Positions 63,852-64,000 of a stretch of 64,000 nucleotides of DNA are shown here, one piece after another; positions within the stretch are counted from its first letter, which is position 1, and every line of letters begins with the position of its first letter. The notes beneath the pieces are model-generated. The model was not told where the DNA came from and made no database searches. It saw only the letters and a list, made by a program, of their open reading frames with translations. Origin of the DNA: a virus (lineage: Duplodnaviria > Caudoviricetes); the IMG/VR virus record IMGVR_UViG_2565956830_000008, positions 1 through 64,000 of that record; one strand, 5' to 3'. Position numbers and translations under genes: made by a program.

Positions 63852-64000
63852 CAGATCGCCCCGTAGACCTTGTCGCCGAGCCAGTTCGCGGCCTGCGCGA
63901 TCGGCGCCGCCGCGAACCCCGCCACGCCCGCGCTAGTGCCCAGGGTGATACCGCACCATGTGCCCCACTTCAGGTCGCGGCCGTACTTGGTGGACTTCTT
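63851..64000 (-). CDS. Partial membrane protein (3' end)
   Basis: ...WGTWCGITLGTSAGVAGFAAAPIAQAANWLGDKVYGAI*, TGATG-coupled; truncated by the window edge. Confidence 0.55.
   Translation of the reverse strand, partial: KKSTKYGRDLKWGTWCGITLGTSAGVAGFAAAPIAQAANWLGDKVYGAI

Overview
A 64 kb segment of a high-GC, Streptomyces-like temperate siphophage or phage-plasmid. Almost all genes lie on the minus strand, and no integrase or att site is visible. Read in the direction of transcription (right to left), it has four parts. (i) An early/accessory region (~43-63 kb) cut into gene blocks by nine ~90-bp AT-rich hairpin repeats, carrying three DNA methyltransferase-type genes, a ParB, a PAPS-reductase-family gene and many hypotheticals. 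(ii) A candidate DNA-modification module directly ahead of the terminase: an atypical tRNA-Gly(UCC), an MTase-fold/GNAT-like gene and a ParB-like gene. (iii) TerS, TerL, portal, a MuF/2H-phosphoesterase/maturation fusion, major capsid, a block of Cys-rich repeat and fibre-like proteins, a glycosyltransferase and a Stealth-like phosphotransferase around the major tail gene, then connectors, tail chaperone, tape measure and tail-tip proteins. (iv) The lysis cassette. The best candidates for new biology are the tRNA-Gly-linked modification module, a seven-copy late leader (-10 box, CTGGTTNNGGGCCG, RBS-occluding hairpin) and the covarying early hairpin repeats. All calls come from motif recognition by eye; no database search was run.
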